Part shown: one piece after another, positions 1 through 8,919 of the stretch | Layout of the letters: each line of letters opens with the position of its first letter | Position numbering within the stretch: the stretch's first letter is position 1 | IMG/VR virus record: IMGVR_UViG_3300035670_000939 | Coordinates: 1 to 30,631 of that record | Direction: 5' to 3' (one strand) | DNA length: 30,631 bases | Source: a virus | Position numbers and translations under genes: made by a program | Notes under the pieces: generated by a model | Seen by the model: the letters and a program-made list of their open reading frames with translations, nothing else | Told to the model about the DNA's origin: nothing | The model's database searches: none

Positions 1-51
1 AACCATCAACTCCGTTATCCACCACAAACTTAATCTCTATTGGTTCTCTAT
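1..51. repeat. Terminal direct repeat, left copy (identical to 30581-30631)
   Basis: Direct comparison: aaccatcaactccgttatccaccacaaacttaatctctattggttctctat occurs at both window ends. Confidence 0.95.
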
Positions 52-304
52 CTAATTGCTTTTGAAGCATAAAAAGGTATGAAAAGCCAGTCAAAGTAAC
101 TAAGCCATCACAAGTAACATTCCAAGTTGCCACATCGTTCTTATATTCTCTAAACCACGCACTTGATTGAGAAGTTACCTCTTTTTGGTCAACTGTTACG
201 TTAAAATTACAATTTGTACTACAAGCAAATGCAACATCCACCTCTGGGTCTACATCTGTTCTATGGTAATATAACATCACATTTTTTCCTATTACTGCAC
301 TCAT
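1..304 (-). CDS. N-terminal part of a junction-spanning 230-aa structural protein with a tail-tube-like fold (continues at 30580 down to 30192)
   Basis: ATG at 304-302 opens MSAVIGKNVMLYYHRTDVDPEVDVAFACSTNCNFNVTVDQKEVTSQSSAWFREYKNDVATWNVTCDGLVTL...KFVVDNGVDG with no stop down to base 1. It is in frame with the 30192-30605 ORF once 1-51 is overlaid on 30581-30631 (304-25=279, divisible by 3). Confidence 0.7.
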   Translation of the reverse strand, partial: MSAVIGKNVMLYYHRTDVDPEVDVAFACSTNCNFNVTVDQKEVTSQSSAWFREYKNDVATWNVTCDGLVTLTGFSYLFMLQKQLDREPIEIKFVVDNGVDG

Positions 305-305
305 T

Positions 306-797
306 TTAAACGTATTTTAAATTTGTTTTGTTTGGGTAATAGTTTGATAAATATGACCTTAAAGTATTTTCATTTATACCAAGTAAATTTGCAGCTTCTT
401 TTGCTGAATTATAAAATATACCTGTACCTAAATCTAATACTAATTTAGACATTCTTTTGCTTGTTATGTTTCTTGTACGTTCTTGTAATCCATTATTCCA
501 AGCGTGTTGCATATTTATTGAACGATTACACCACTCTAAATTTTCTAATCTATAATCGTTTTTTATGCCATTTTTATGATTTACGTGATTCATACCTTCA
601 ACTTTTGGTATAAAATATTCAGCCAAAAGTCTATGAACATATATCATTTTTCTACCATATTGATTATATAGGCAAACAATACTATAACCATTTTTACTTG
701 TAGTATTTATTAAACGCTTACCAGTTCTTATGTTTAAAACTTCGCCAATCTCATTTATTGAGTAATTTGGGAATTCTTGTATTATTACTGCTGCCAT
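306..797 (-). mobile_element. Free-standing HNH homing endonuclease (NUMOD4-like N-terminus, HNH_3 core, C-terminal NUMOD1/IENR1-like HTH)
   Basis: Motifs FPNYSINEIGEV, VHRLLAEYF, NHVNHKNGIKNDYRLENLEWC and C-terminal IFYNSAKEAANLLGINENTLRSYL. Its stop is 1 nt from the next ATG. Confidence 0.85.
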
Positions 798-822
798 ATT
801 ACAAATTTAATCAATTATATTA

Positions 823-2997
823 TTATCTTGGGTCATTTACATCGCAAATTCCATCTGGTCTAATTAAATATACTCTATAATTAATTAAATTTTCACTTTG
901 TATTTTATACCAATCATAGTTACCATTAAAAGGAATACTACAATATTTGTCAATATATGCTACCGCTTTTGAGTATGAAGTTGTTGAATTACCCAATATG
1001 TAAACAATATTATCTGTCAATGCAGCAGTATTTGCTGCTCCTTGAGACACCTGTGGTAAAGACCTTTTTACAGGATATGGTTCTCCTTGTGTTTCAATTG
1101 TATAATTTATATCAATTGTAGTTTCATCATTATTTGCATCCAATTCTAACAAAGTACAAGCAACATCATTATTAATTAAATCTATTGTAGAATTTCCTAA
1201 TATGTATGGTTTACCTTGAACAGAATTAACAACATCTGAATCATTCATTTTTATCCTTACCGCTGAACTAAACCTTTCTACATCAATAGGGCTTAAACCT
1301 TGAAATGTCGCATCAACATTAATTGGGTTCTTAATTAAAGAGTTTGAGTATTCGTGTATTATTAGTTCTGATAAACTTCTATAAATTATGCTTGAATATC
1401 TTTGATTATACCAATTGTATAGGTTATTACCAGTACTATCGCATAATAAACCTCTATAATAATACTGACCATTTACTATTGAGTTAAAGCCATAAGGCAA
1501 ATCTAATTCATATACATATTCATCAGAATCAGTAAAATATGAATCTATTTTAACGTTTGTTAATCTTTGTGTTACATTTAACTCAAAATTATTTATTTCT
1601 ACAAAATCATTACTTTCAGAACCTTGTATTGTACCAATATAAAATTGAATAGTTAAACTTGATGCAAATGGTACTCTTGTACAAGATACAGTTTGTGTAC
1701 CACTTATACTTGGAGAATATTTAATAGGATAATAATATGAAGTACCAGACAAATTGCTTGACCATTCTTCATCTTGATTCCAAAAATATCCACTATCAAG
1801 CAATATTTTAACATACATAACGTTTGTAGGTATTCCTGTACCACCGCTTGAAACAAGGTTAAATGAAACTTCAAAGTCATCTAAATATTGAACAGTTGGT
1901 AAATTAGTTGGAGAAACCCAAGCATATGATGAAGTACCATTTTCTTTATATAAAATATAAGAGTTTAAATTAGCATCAACATATGGCTTTATTAATATTT
2001 GTGAAGTAGCACCATCAACTTGTGCATCCCATCCAGCTGCCGAGTTACTAATATAATTTTTTAAATTGTAATTAGTGATGTAGTTATTTGGATATTCAAT
2101 ATCTTTATTTATTGAAACCTTATTATAACCTTTCTTTAATATTTTAAATTGACTATTGTCTACAAAATACCCGCCAGATGTATTTCCAGAATATCCTTGT
2201 ATTCTTAAAGTTTCATCTCTTGTTCCATAAGAATCAATTGAATAATCTGGATTGTATATTGTATAATAATATGAATCTTGTGCAAATTCATTTAAAGGAA
2301 CTATAAACCACATTCCTTCCGCTTGAAAGAATCTACATCCAAATGACTTAGAAAAATCACGTATTAAATCAAGGCAATTTATGGTTTCTAAATTATTATC
2401 AAGCAATGTTGAATACCTAACATAAGTTTGATTCAATGGTTCATTACTTCCTAATGTTGCTCTATTTGACATTCCATTAGCAAAATAACTAATCCCAGAT
2501 AATAACTTTAAAGATGTAGGGAATTGAATATAATCTAAGCACTCTAAAATAACTTCAAGAGCCTTCTTTCTTTGTATTAAATAATACGAAGATGGCATTT
2601 CATACTTTATGCTTTCAAGCATACCTAAACCATCTATTGCATTAAAAGCTAATTCTTTTCTACCAGTTGTAAAAGATATGTCAACACTATCACTTAAAGA
2701 CCATCCTTGCCACTCTAAAGTACTTCCATAAAATAACTTTACTAAATACTTTCTATCATCCAAAGTAGCAAAGTTTGGCATATTTTCCACATCATCAGTA
2801 ACATCTATTCCAACACTTAATTGACTAACTACAATTGGTTCGTAAATATCATCGCTTTTAGGTATGTATTGAAGATTTATATTTAAACCATCATATTCTA
2901 TTACATCACCACTATATCCATCTTCTAATAATTGTACAGTTGAAATAACATCAGATTTAGTAGCAAATGTTATTCTATATTTTAAATTGTATGCCAT
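823..2997 (-). CDS. Large tail-tip/baseplate protein (Dit/Tal-like by position directly after the tape measure gene)
   Basis: 724-aa ORF whose start overlaps the tape measure stop. It is beta-rich and Asn/Ser/Tyr-rich, like tail-tip proteins. I recognised no specific motif. Confidence 0.45.
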   Translation of the reverse strand: MAYNLKYRITFATKSDVISTVQLLEDGYSGDVIEYDGLNINLQYIPKSDDIYEPIVVSQLSVGIDVTDDVENMPNFATLDDRKYLVKLFYGSTLEWQGWSLSDSVDISFTTGRKELAFNAIDGLGMLESIKYEMPSSYYLIQRKKALEVILECLDYIQFPTSLKLLSGISYFANGMSNRATLGSNEPLNQTYVRYSTLLDNNLETINCLDLIRDFSKSFGCRFFQAEGMWFIVPLNEFAQDSYYYTIYNPDYSIDSYGTRDETLRIQGYSGNTSGGYFVDNSQFKILKKGYNKVSINKDIEYPNNYITNYNLKNYISNSAAGWDAQVDGATSQILIKPYVDANLNSYILYKENGTSSYAWVSPTNLPTVQYLDDFEVSFNLVSSGGTGIPTNVMYVKILLDSGYFWNQDEEWSSNLSGTSYYYPIKYSPSISGTQTVSCTRVPFASSLTIQFYIGTIQGSESNDFVEINNFELNVTQRLTNVKIDSYFTDSDEYVYELDLPYGFNSIVNGQYYYRGLLCDSTGNNLYNWYNQRYSSIIYRSLSELIIHEYSNSLIKNPINVDATFQGLSPIDVERFSSAVRIKMNDSDVVNSVQGKPYILGNSTIDLINNDVACTLLELDANNDETTIDINYTIETQGEPYPVKRSLPQVSQGAANTAALTDNIVYILGNSTTSYSKAVAYIDKYCSIPFNGNYDWYKIQSENLINYRVYLIRPDGICDVNDPR

Positions 2998-4763
2998 TAT
3001 ATTCCACGTCTTAGGTTAAGTGATGTATTAGAACGTTGTAAAGCTAATACTAAATCATTGCCTCTCAATATAAATTGTCCATTTTGTCCCATACTATTGC
3101 CTGACATAGCACCAGCATTAAATGTTCTATCAAGCATTACACTCAATTTACTTAAAGGTAATACTGCCTCACTTTCTGTACCTTCACCAATCATCGCTAA
3201 AGTTGGACCAGTTGCAATTCCACCACTTGCTAAACCTAATATTTTAGTAAATGCACCAAAAAATGATAATCCACCTGTTGCACCAGCACCACCACTAATT
3301 AAAGAAAATATACCAGCAAATATTGTAGCTTGAACTAAAGTTTCAGCTATTTGTTGTGCTAATCTTCCAAACATTTGACCTAAAGCATCTCCAAAAGATA
3401 CACCTTCTTGCATAGCTTGATACATTCCAGATAAAGCATTTGTTACATTATTTGCAATTGTCATTGAGAAATTCTCATATGCTTTAATTTGATTTTCTAA
3501 ACCTTCTTCTTCATTTTCAATATTTTTCTTTGCTAATTTTTCTTTTCTTTTAGTCCATCCTGTCAACCATTTAAGGTAATCTTCGTGTTTTTTTTCTAAA
3601 TCTTTAATTGCAGTATCACCACCAATTACATCTTCTAAAGGAGTTAATAAATTGTTAGTTTTATTTATTTGTCTAATTAAATCCTGTGCTTCCTTTAATG
3701 GTAAAGTTTTATCCTTTTTAGTTTTTGGTGGTTTTTTACCATCTGTGGTTGGTGTTTCAATATTAGTTAATGTAGCAAGTAATTCTGCGTTTTTAGTTTT
3801 AGCCTTATTAATTGTAGAATCTAAATCTGCAATTAAACTACCATATTGTTTATTTATTTTATCTCTTTCGTTATCAGCTTTTCTCTTATTATAAATTGCA
3901 CCTCCACCATATTCAGTTTTAACATTTTTTAAATCAGCATCTCTTTGTGCTTCTATTTTTCTGCGTTCTGCATAAGCAGCAGCTAAAATTTGTTGTGTAT
4001 TTTTTTCTTTACCAGCAGCATCTTGTTGTATTGCAGCAACATTAACTAAATGAATTAAATATGCTTTATCAGTTTTAACTGTTGCATCTTTAATTGCCTT
4101 ATTTTCTGAATATAAAGATTTTAACCTTTTAAGAGCCTCTTGTTGTTGTGTAGGATTACCTCCAGAAATAATATTAACTAAGTTTAATCCAATAGTTCTA
4201 TTAGATTGTGCTTCGCCAACTATTTTATATATGTCTTGATTTAACTTATTAAGTTCTTCTCTAAATTTCTTTAACTTTTCAGTTGGACCAATAAAAAATT
4301 CAGCTATTTTATCACTGTAAGTAACTGCTAAAGAAGATACAACACCTAATGCAAGACCAATACCAGCTGGACCAACTAATCCAGCAGCCATTGATTTTAA
4401 GGCTTCAGTAGCACTGCCACTTCTTGTTTGTAACCTTTGGAATGATTCTAATAATGGGTTTAAGTTATTGGCAATACCTATAAATCCATAAGGAGCATCT
4501 TGTGCAACCCTTGACAAGTTTGATAAGGCATTTGTTGCATCGGCAGTAGGTCTTCCTACTTTACTCATTTGAGTATTTATACCTGCAATTGTTGTATTTA
4601 GATTTTTTATTTGACCATTCAAATAATTTATCTCACCAACATTTGTAGCTTTCTTTAAAGCAGATTCAAATTGTTTTAATAGATTTTCGGCTTTAATTAA
4701 TGAACCTTGAAAGTCCGTAGTATTAGCACCAATATTAATATTTAAATCTATAAGTTCTGCCAT
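2997..4763 (-). CDS. Tail tape measure protein
   Basis: 588 aa with long coiled-coil/helical regions, a Gly/Ala-rich hydrophobic segment and a C-terminal GGIATGPTLAMIGEGTESEAVLPL motif typical of tape measure proteins. It sits directly after the chaperone pair. Confidence 0.85.
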   Translation of the reverse strand: MAELIDLNINIGANTTDFQGSLIKAENLLKQFESALKKATNVGEINYLNGQIKNLNTTIAGINTQMSKVGRPTADATNALSNLSRVAQDAPYGFIGIANNLNPLLESFQRLQTRSGSATEALKSMAAGLVGPAGIGLALGVVSSLAVTYSDKIAEFFIGPTEKLKKFREELNKLNQDIYKIVGEAQSNRTIGLNLVNIISGGNPTQQQEALKRLKSLYSENKAIKDATVKTDKAYLIHLVNVAAIQQDAAGKEKNTQQILAAAYAERRKIEAQRDADLKNVKTEYGGGAIYNKRKADNERDKINKQYGSLIADLDSTINKAKTKNAELLATLTNIETPTTDGKKPPKTKKDKTLPLKEAQDLIRQINKTNNLLTPLEDVIGGDTAIKDLEKKHEDYLKWLTGWTKRKEKLAKKNIENEEEGLENQIKAYENFSMTIANNVTNALSGMYQAMQEGVSFGDALGQMFGRLAQQIAETLVQATIFAGIFSLISGGAGATGGLSFFGAFTKILGLASGGIATGPTLAMIGEGTESEAVLPLSKLSVMLDRTFNAGAMSGNSMGQNGQFILRGNDLVLALQRSNTSLNLRRGI

Positions 4764-4768
4764 TTTCT

Positions 4769-5131
4769 TTAGTTTACTCCGTACAGTTTAAGTGTTCTTG
4801 CCAATTGTTCATCTGTTAGCATTACTCTATCTTCTTTTTCTTCTTCTATATCATCAATCTCTGGTATATGCCAAAATGCTTTTATTGACTTAGGACTTTT
4901 TTCAGTTGTGTTACTTAGGTATACAATATAGGCAAGGTTTCTTGTCCTTGCCCATTCGTTTATTTCGTTTCTTTCCTTTCCCATTACAATAATAGAAAAG
5001 TCTTTCCACGTCATTTCCCAAAACTCATTTGGGCGTATACCACATTCAGCAGCCTTAACTAAAATATCATCCCAAGTTAGCTTTTTTAGGCTTTTTTTTT
5101 TCTTCTTCTTTAGAAACTCCTTGTACAGAGT
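4769..5131 (-). CDS. gpT-like extension of the tail assembly chaperone, reached by a shift into the +1 (or -2) frame near the A10 run
   Basis: The frame of the 81-aa ORF stays open upstream to 5131, across the last 21 sense codons and the stop of the 124-aa ORF. The motif RPNEFWEMTWKDF spans the annotated ATG at 5014, which argues against independent initiation. Confidence 0.6.
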   Translation of the reverse strand, partial: TLYKEFLKKKKKKSLKKLTWDDILVKAAECGIRPNEFWEMTWKDFSIIVMGKERNEINEWARTRNLAYIVYLSNTTEKSPKSIKAFWHIPEIDDIEEEKEDRVMLTDEQLARTLKLYGVN

Positions 5132-5441
5132 TCATTGTTACATCAACAATGTATTTCATATAATCTACAAGTTGCCCTTCAGCTTGAAAAATTGAGCCTA
5201 CTTCATCAATCCAATCACAAGCATCAACTTCTGTATATTCTATATCTTGCTTTGTGCTAACACAAGCTGATTTATAACCTATATATACTAATTGGACTAT
5301 TACATCCAAATTAGTATGAGCCGTTGCTAATAAATTAAAGTATTGTTCAACGCTTATGTTGTTTACTTTTGTAAACTCCTTCATTGCCCAAGTACCCCAT
5401 TTAAGATTGATTGTGTTGTTGTTGGTCTTAAGTTGGAACAT
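5067..5441 (-). CDS. Tail assembly chaperone (gpG-like)
   Basis: 124 aa located between the major tail protein and the tape measure protein. The acidic/Lys-rich C-terminus is encoded by the GAAGAAGAAAAAAAAAAGCCTAAAAAAG tract. Confidence 0.7.
   Translation of the reverse strand: MFQLKTNNNTINLKWGTWAMKEFTKVNNISVEQYFNLLATAHTNLDVIVQLVYIGYKSACVSTKQDIEYTEVDACDWIDEVGSIFQAEGQLVDYMKYIVDVTMNSVQGVSKEEEKKKPKKANLG
5082..5101 (-). other. Homopolymeric slippery tract (A10, then A6 on the coding strand) in the G/T chaperone overlap
   Basis: The plus strand has T10 at 5092-5101 and T6 at 5082-5087. Confidence 0.8.
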
Positions 5442-5457
5442 ATGTTTTTATTTTTTA

Positions 5458-5901
5458 TTATACTCCTGTTTCAGTTTGTGTCAATGGAGGTGTAGTTACT
5501 ACGAAAGTTGCAGTAAATTTCACATCATCCTTATCAGCAGCGTTTACACCAAAGTTGCTAATGAACACTTCACCGCTATAAGTAATATCTCCAGCAGTTG
5601 GAGTTGCTTTACCCATCTTAATTGCAAAAATAGTTTTTGCAGCGTGTGCATCGTACAATTGTTGATAGCTATCTTTAGCTGGTGTTCCTGTTTCATCAAT
5701 CGCAAAACCTTCGCACTCAATAGATTGATTGAATGAAGGACTTGGAGTGTAAGAATCACCACACTTAGAAGTAGCATCAATTGTACCTAAAGTTGATGTG
5801 ATTGAGTTAGATGTCAAACAAGCAACTGGCTTGAATGTTGAATCTCCGTCTATGTCAGCTAAGAGGATATAATCTCTACCGCTTACTTTTGTTTCTGCCA
5901 T
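5458..5901 (-). CDS. Major tail (tube) protein
   Basis: 147 aa in the position between the tail terminator and the chaperones. The pattern GRDYILL...ACLTSNSI...DATSKC...CEG...YSGEVFISNFGVNAADKDDVKFTATF resembles TP901-1/phi13-type tube proteins. Confidence 0.75.
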   Translation of the reverse strand: MAETKVSGRDYILLADIDGDSTFKPVACLTSNSITSTLGTIDATSKCGDSYTPSPSFNQSIECEGFAIDETGTPAKDSYQQLYDAHAAKTIFAIKMGKATPTAGDITYSGEVFISNFGVNAADKDDVKFTATFVVTTPPLTQTETGV

Positions 5902-5912
5902 TTTATTTAATT

Positions 5913-6320
5913 TTAATTTTGAGTTATGGTTATATTATAAGTTATTAATACTCTAAAAACGTTATCTAAAGGGTTTAAGCCATCTAAATTCCTAATGCTC
6001 TCAACACTTAAACTTGATGCAGTAAACCCATTTGATAAGGTTATTACTGTATCCGAGTTTATATCTTCCAACACTAAATCACTTATCGCTTCAGCACGTT
6101 TATATCCAAAGTTAGCATTTTTTGTAATAATATCAACTGTGATTGAAATACTATTTGTGTAACCTGTTTTGCCTTGTTCTTGGCTTGAGGTTCTACCAGT
6201 CATAACAATATACTCATCTCCTGCCCCATCTGGTGCAAAACCATCGTAAACAACCAATCCACTTGCACTTGTTAAGTTGGTATAAAACCACTTCTTTATT
6301 TCTATATTAGGATTAAGCAT
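5913..6320 (-). CDS. Tail terminator / tail completion protein (DUF3168, gpU/gp17-like)
   Basis: 135 aa immediately upstream of the tube gene, with typical size and pattern (VYDGFAP...YIVM). Confidence 0.55.
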   Translation of the reverse strand: MLNPNIEIKKWFYTNLTSASGLVVYDGFAPDGAGDEYIVMTGRTSSQEQGKTGYTNSISITVDIITKNANFGYKRAEAISDLVLEDINSDTVITLSNGFTASSLSVESIRNLDGLNPLDNVFRVLITYNITITQN

Positions 6321-6849
6321 TTTGTATCGCTTTTTTTATGTTACTTATCATTTTAGGCTTTTCCGCTTCAAACGAAGGTATCAAAAAAGGTTGTGGTCTT
6401 AATCCTTTTCTCAAAATACTTATAGCTATTGCATAAGCAATTGATTTATCCTTACCTCCACCAATTCCTTTTCTCCTTACCCATAATGTCAAAGCATCCA
6501 CCATATCCTTAAATTTGCCGCCTTTTTTACCCTTAAACCCACTTGCTAATTCCTCAAAGCCTTTAGGTATTGAAACTTTACCACCTGTTCCAAATTCTAC
6601 ATATGGAGCATAAGATGCACTTGAACCAATAGTAAATACATATCCATTCTCTACATTTCTTTCTCTTAAATAAATACTATTCCTTAATTGACCAAAGTTT
6701 ACAGGTGCTAAACGCTTTGCACCACTTTGTATATTTAAAGCAGATGCGTTTATTTCATCTTTTACATCTTGTTGTACTCTTTTATCTAAAGATTCTAATT
6801 TGCTCATTACTTCGGATAAATTTGTAATATCAAATGTAAAACCTGCCAT
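6313..6849 (-). CDS. HK97 gp10-family neck/tail-completion protein
   Basis: Contains the SYAPYVEFGTG motif and sits in the connector block. Confidence 0.65.
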   Translation of the reverse strand: MAGFTFDITNLSEVMSKLESLDKRVQQDVKDEINASALNIQSGAKRLAPVNFGQLRNSIYLRERNVENGYVFTIGSSASYAPYVEFGTGGKVSIPKGFEELASGFKGKKGGKFKDMVDALTLWVRRKGIGGGKDKSIAYAIAISILRKGLRPQPFLIPSFEAEKPKMISNIKKAIQNA

Positions 6850-7190
6850 TATTTGTAAATTATTAGTTCTAAGAACCTATTTTGATTCTCTACATTCTTA
6901 ATAGAATGGATAGTATAACGGCTACCTTCAATCTCAACTTCGTAATCATCTTGAATTGTAACCCCATATCTAATGTAAAGCCTATTTCTTTGGTCAAAAG
7001 CTAATTCCGACTCATCTATCTCCCTCGACTTGTTATCTGGTCTTAAATCGCCCCAAACTGTGCTTTGTAGGGCAAATGTGGTTGTGTACCCACCTTGACC
7101 ATCGCTTGTCTTGGTTGCAGCATAGATTTTAACCTCACGAGTCATCGTGTTGGCATCAACATAGTTTGCTTTCGCTTTACCTAACTTCAT
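6849..7190 (-). CDS. Head closure / head-tail joining protein (SPP1 gp16-like)
   Basis: 113 aa with the pattern REVKIY...DGQGGY...WGDLRP...RYGV...Y.I.S, in the connector block. Confidence 0.6.
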   Translation of the reverse strand: MKLGKAKANYVDANTMTREVKIYAATKTSDGQGGYTTTFALQSTVWGDLRPDNKSREIDESELAFDQRNRLYIRYGVTIQDDYEVEIEGSRYTIHSIKNVENQNRFLELIIYK

Positions 7191-7191
7191 A

Positions 7192-7734
7192 TTATAAAAT
7201 TGGGCTTATTCTTGTCCAACGTTGACACGCTTTCCAAGCCTTGTTACAAATACCTGTATCGCTATCTAAACCTCTATTTTCGTAGTCATAGCTTACTTGG
7301 TCTAAAATAGCCAATTTAAGGTCAGTTGGAATGGTTGTGTAACCAGCCTCATAAGTAGCTTTTAAATTAGCATATCTTGGATAAACCAACTTAGGGAACT
7401 CATCCCCGATTAATTGTAGGTCTGTTCCTGTAATCTCTAATCCGTCTTGCTCCATATCAAACAACTCAAACGTAGTAATGTCGATTGGACCGAATGGAAT
7501 ATCAAAGTTTCCACTAATATTATTGAAATATGTAGTGATGTCTTTTGGTATCAAACTCAATCCTGTTGCCACTTCGATAGCTTCTCTTGCTTGTGTAATC
7601 ATTAATGTGATTAATGTATCATCAGCCGTTGTTGTTACCCTACAATAGTTCTTAGCCTCTGCAAGTGTAACTGGTTCAACTATCGGTGCTACTGGAACGG
7701 CACTAAAGTCATTAATATAATTGGAATAAGCCAT
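7192..7734 (-). CDS. Head-tail connector/adaptor (gp6-like)
   Basis: N-terminal VTLAEAKNYCRVTTTADDTLITLMITQAREAIEVATG is the classic gp6-like connector signature. It is the first gene after the capsid terminator. Confidence 0.7.
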   Translation of the reverse strand: MAYSNYINDFSAVPVAPIVEPVTLAEAKNYCRVTTTADDTLITLMITQAREAIEVATGLSLIPKDITTYFNNISGNFDIPFGPIDITTFELFDMEQDGLEITGTDLQLIGDEFPKLVYPRYANLKATYEAGYTTIPTDLKLAILDQVSYDYENRGLDSDTGICNKAWKACQRWTRISPIL

Positions 7735-7747
7735 ATACTTCTTTTTA

Positions 7748-7755
7748 CAAAATTA
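7748..7755 (-). promoter_or_regulatory. Candidate Bacteroidota-type -7 promoter box TAATTTTG
   Basis: The minus strand reads TAATTTTG 13 nt upstream of the ATG at 7734, directly after the terminator. No clear -33 TTTG is present. Confidence 0.3.
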
Positions 7756-7771
7756 CTTAATTTATTTCAAT

Positions 7772-7798
7772 AAAAAACCCCCACCGAATTGGCAGGGG
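7772..7798 (-). terminator. Rho-independent terminator downstream of the major capsid gene
   Basis: The minus strand reads CCCCTGCC-AATTC-GGTGGGGG followed by TTTTTT: an 8-bp stem with two G-U pairs, a 5-nt loop and a U-tract. Confidence 0.75.
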
Positions 7799-7822
7799 TC
7801 ATTTATTTACTAAACCTTAAAA

Positions 7823-8917
7823 TTAAGCTACGTTACCCATATCCGCGTAAATCGCTGATGTTGTAAGCATTAAATTTATGTCTTCGTAGCACTCGATTCT
7901 CGCAGTTACCAAGTTCTTTTGGAAGTTTTCGCCATTCTCATAAGAGAACTCAATTGCTAAACCTTCAACTTCAACTCTCTCTAAGTAGCTATTATCGAAG
8001 ATTAATACTTTGTCATCAGTTACCCAAGATGCAGATACAACTGGAACACCCCAGATTGTGATTCCGCCGTTAGGGCTAACAACTACTGACCCGTTACCAG
8101 CATAGTAACCAGCAGCAACAGTTGCTTTCAATAAGCGACCCATTTGCGTTTGAGATACTAAAGCATAAGAAGGAACGAAGTTTGCAGTCTTTTGGTTACC
8201 GATGTAATCAATCAATTGTAATAAATCGTTAGTTTCCGCAGTTGTAGTAGAACCAGTTGCAGCACCAGACACAGTTGTGAAGAATGCAGCGTTCTCAGCC
8301 TTGAAGAAATCTCTTTGTAACATTCTTGGTAAAGTTTGAGTCATAAAAGGTAATGACTTCAACATTTGCTTAGAGAAAGTAGAGAAACCAGCTAAGTAAT
8401 CGTTTACAACTTTAACTTCAGTCAAAGAGTAGTTGTTCTCACCTTTGTTAGAACCTTCAGTTTGAGCAGCGATGTTGTTAGTTAAACCAGCATCTTCACG
8501 ATAGTAAACATACAATCCGCTTTCGCTTCTTACAGTTGGGATTAAATCACGGAAGTTCAAACTTTGTGCTGGTTGGATAGCTGGGTTTGGAGCATAAGAT
8601 GCTTGAGCATCACCACTTAAGTTACCAGATAAAGTCATAGTCTTAACATCTGATAAATCTAAACGATACTTACCATTGTTCTTCAAAGACTTCTCCATTG
8701 CATCGAAATTACCATCTAATTTCTCTAAAATAACTTCATCGATGTGCTTTACTTCTTTCTTAGCAGCTTTCTTTTGAGCAGCTAATTGACCATCGATTTG
8801 TTTTTGTAACTCGTCTTTTACAACAGTTACTTGTGCAGCCACCTCTTTAATTTGGGCTTCTGCATTAGCTTGAAAACCTTTAAGGTTCTCCGCCATTTCG
8901 TTGATTAAATTTTCCAT
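7823..8917 (-). CDS. Major capsid protein, HK97 fold, with an N-terminal coiled-coil delta/scaffold-like region
   Basis: 364 aa located after the prohead protease. The first ~100 aa are coiled coil and the C-terminal part resembles the Phage_capsid family. Confidence 0.85.
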   Translation of the reverse strand: MENLINEMAENLKGFQANAEAQIKEVAAQVTVVKDELQKQIDGQLAAQKKAAKKEVKHIDEVILEKLDGNFDAMEKSLKNNGKYRLDLSDVKTMTLSGNLSGDAQASYAPNPAIQPAQSLNFRDLIPTVRSESGLYVYYREDAGLTNNIAAQTEGSNKGENNYSLTEVKVVNDYLAGFSTFSKQMLKSLPFMTQTLPRMLQRDFFKAENAAFFTTVSGAATGSTTTAETNDLLQLIDYIGNQKTANFVPSYALVSQTQMGRLLKATVAAGYYAGNGSVVVSPNGGITIWGVPVVSASWVTDDKVLIFDNSYLERVEVEGLAIEFSYENGENFQKNLVTARIECYEDINLMLTTSAIYADMGNVA

Positions 8918-8919
8918 TT

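Noticed and set aside
15-23. DnaA-box-like TTATCCACC (8/9) near the window start
   Set aside because: It is a single occurrence inside a coding region and inside the terminal duplicate, with no clustering. It is probably chance.
5067-5101. Canonical -1 programmed frameshift at the A AAA AAG heptamer
   Set aside because: The -1 frame reads GCC TAA immediately after the A-run and so cannot give an extension. Only the +1/-2 frame is open into the downstream ORF.
5544-5780. 78-aa minus-strand ORF inside the major tail protein gene
   Set aside because: It is in an alternative frame nested wholly within a well-supported structural gene, has Leu-rich shadow composition and has no independent support.
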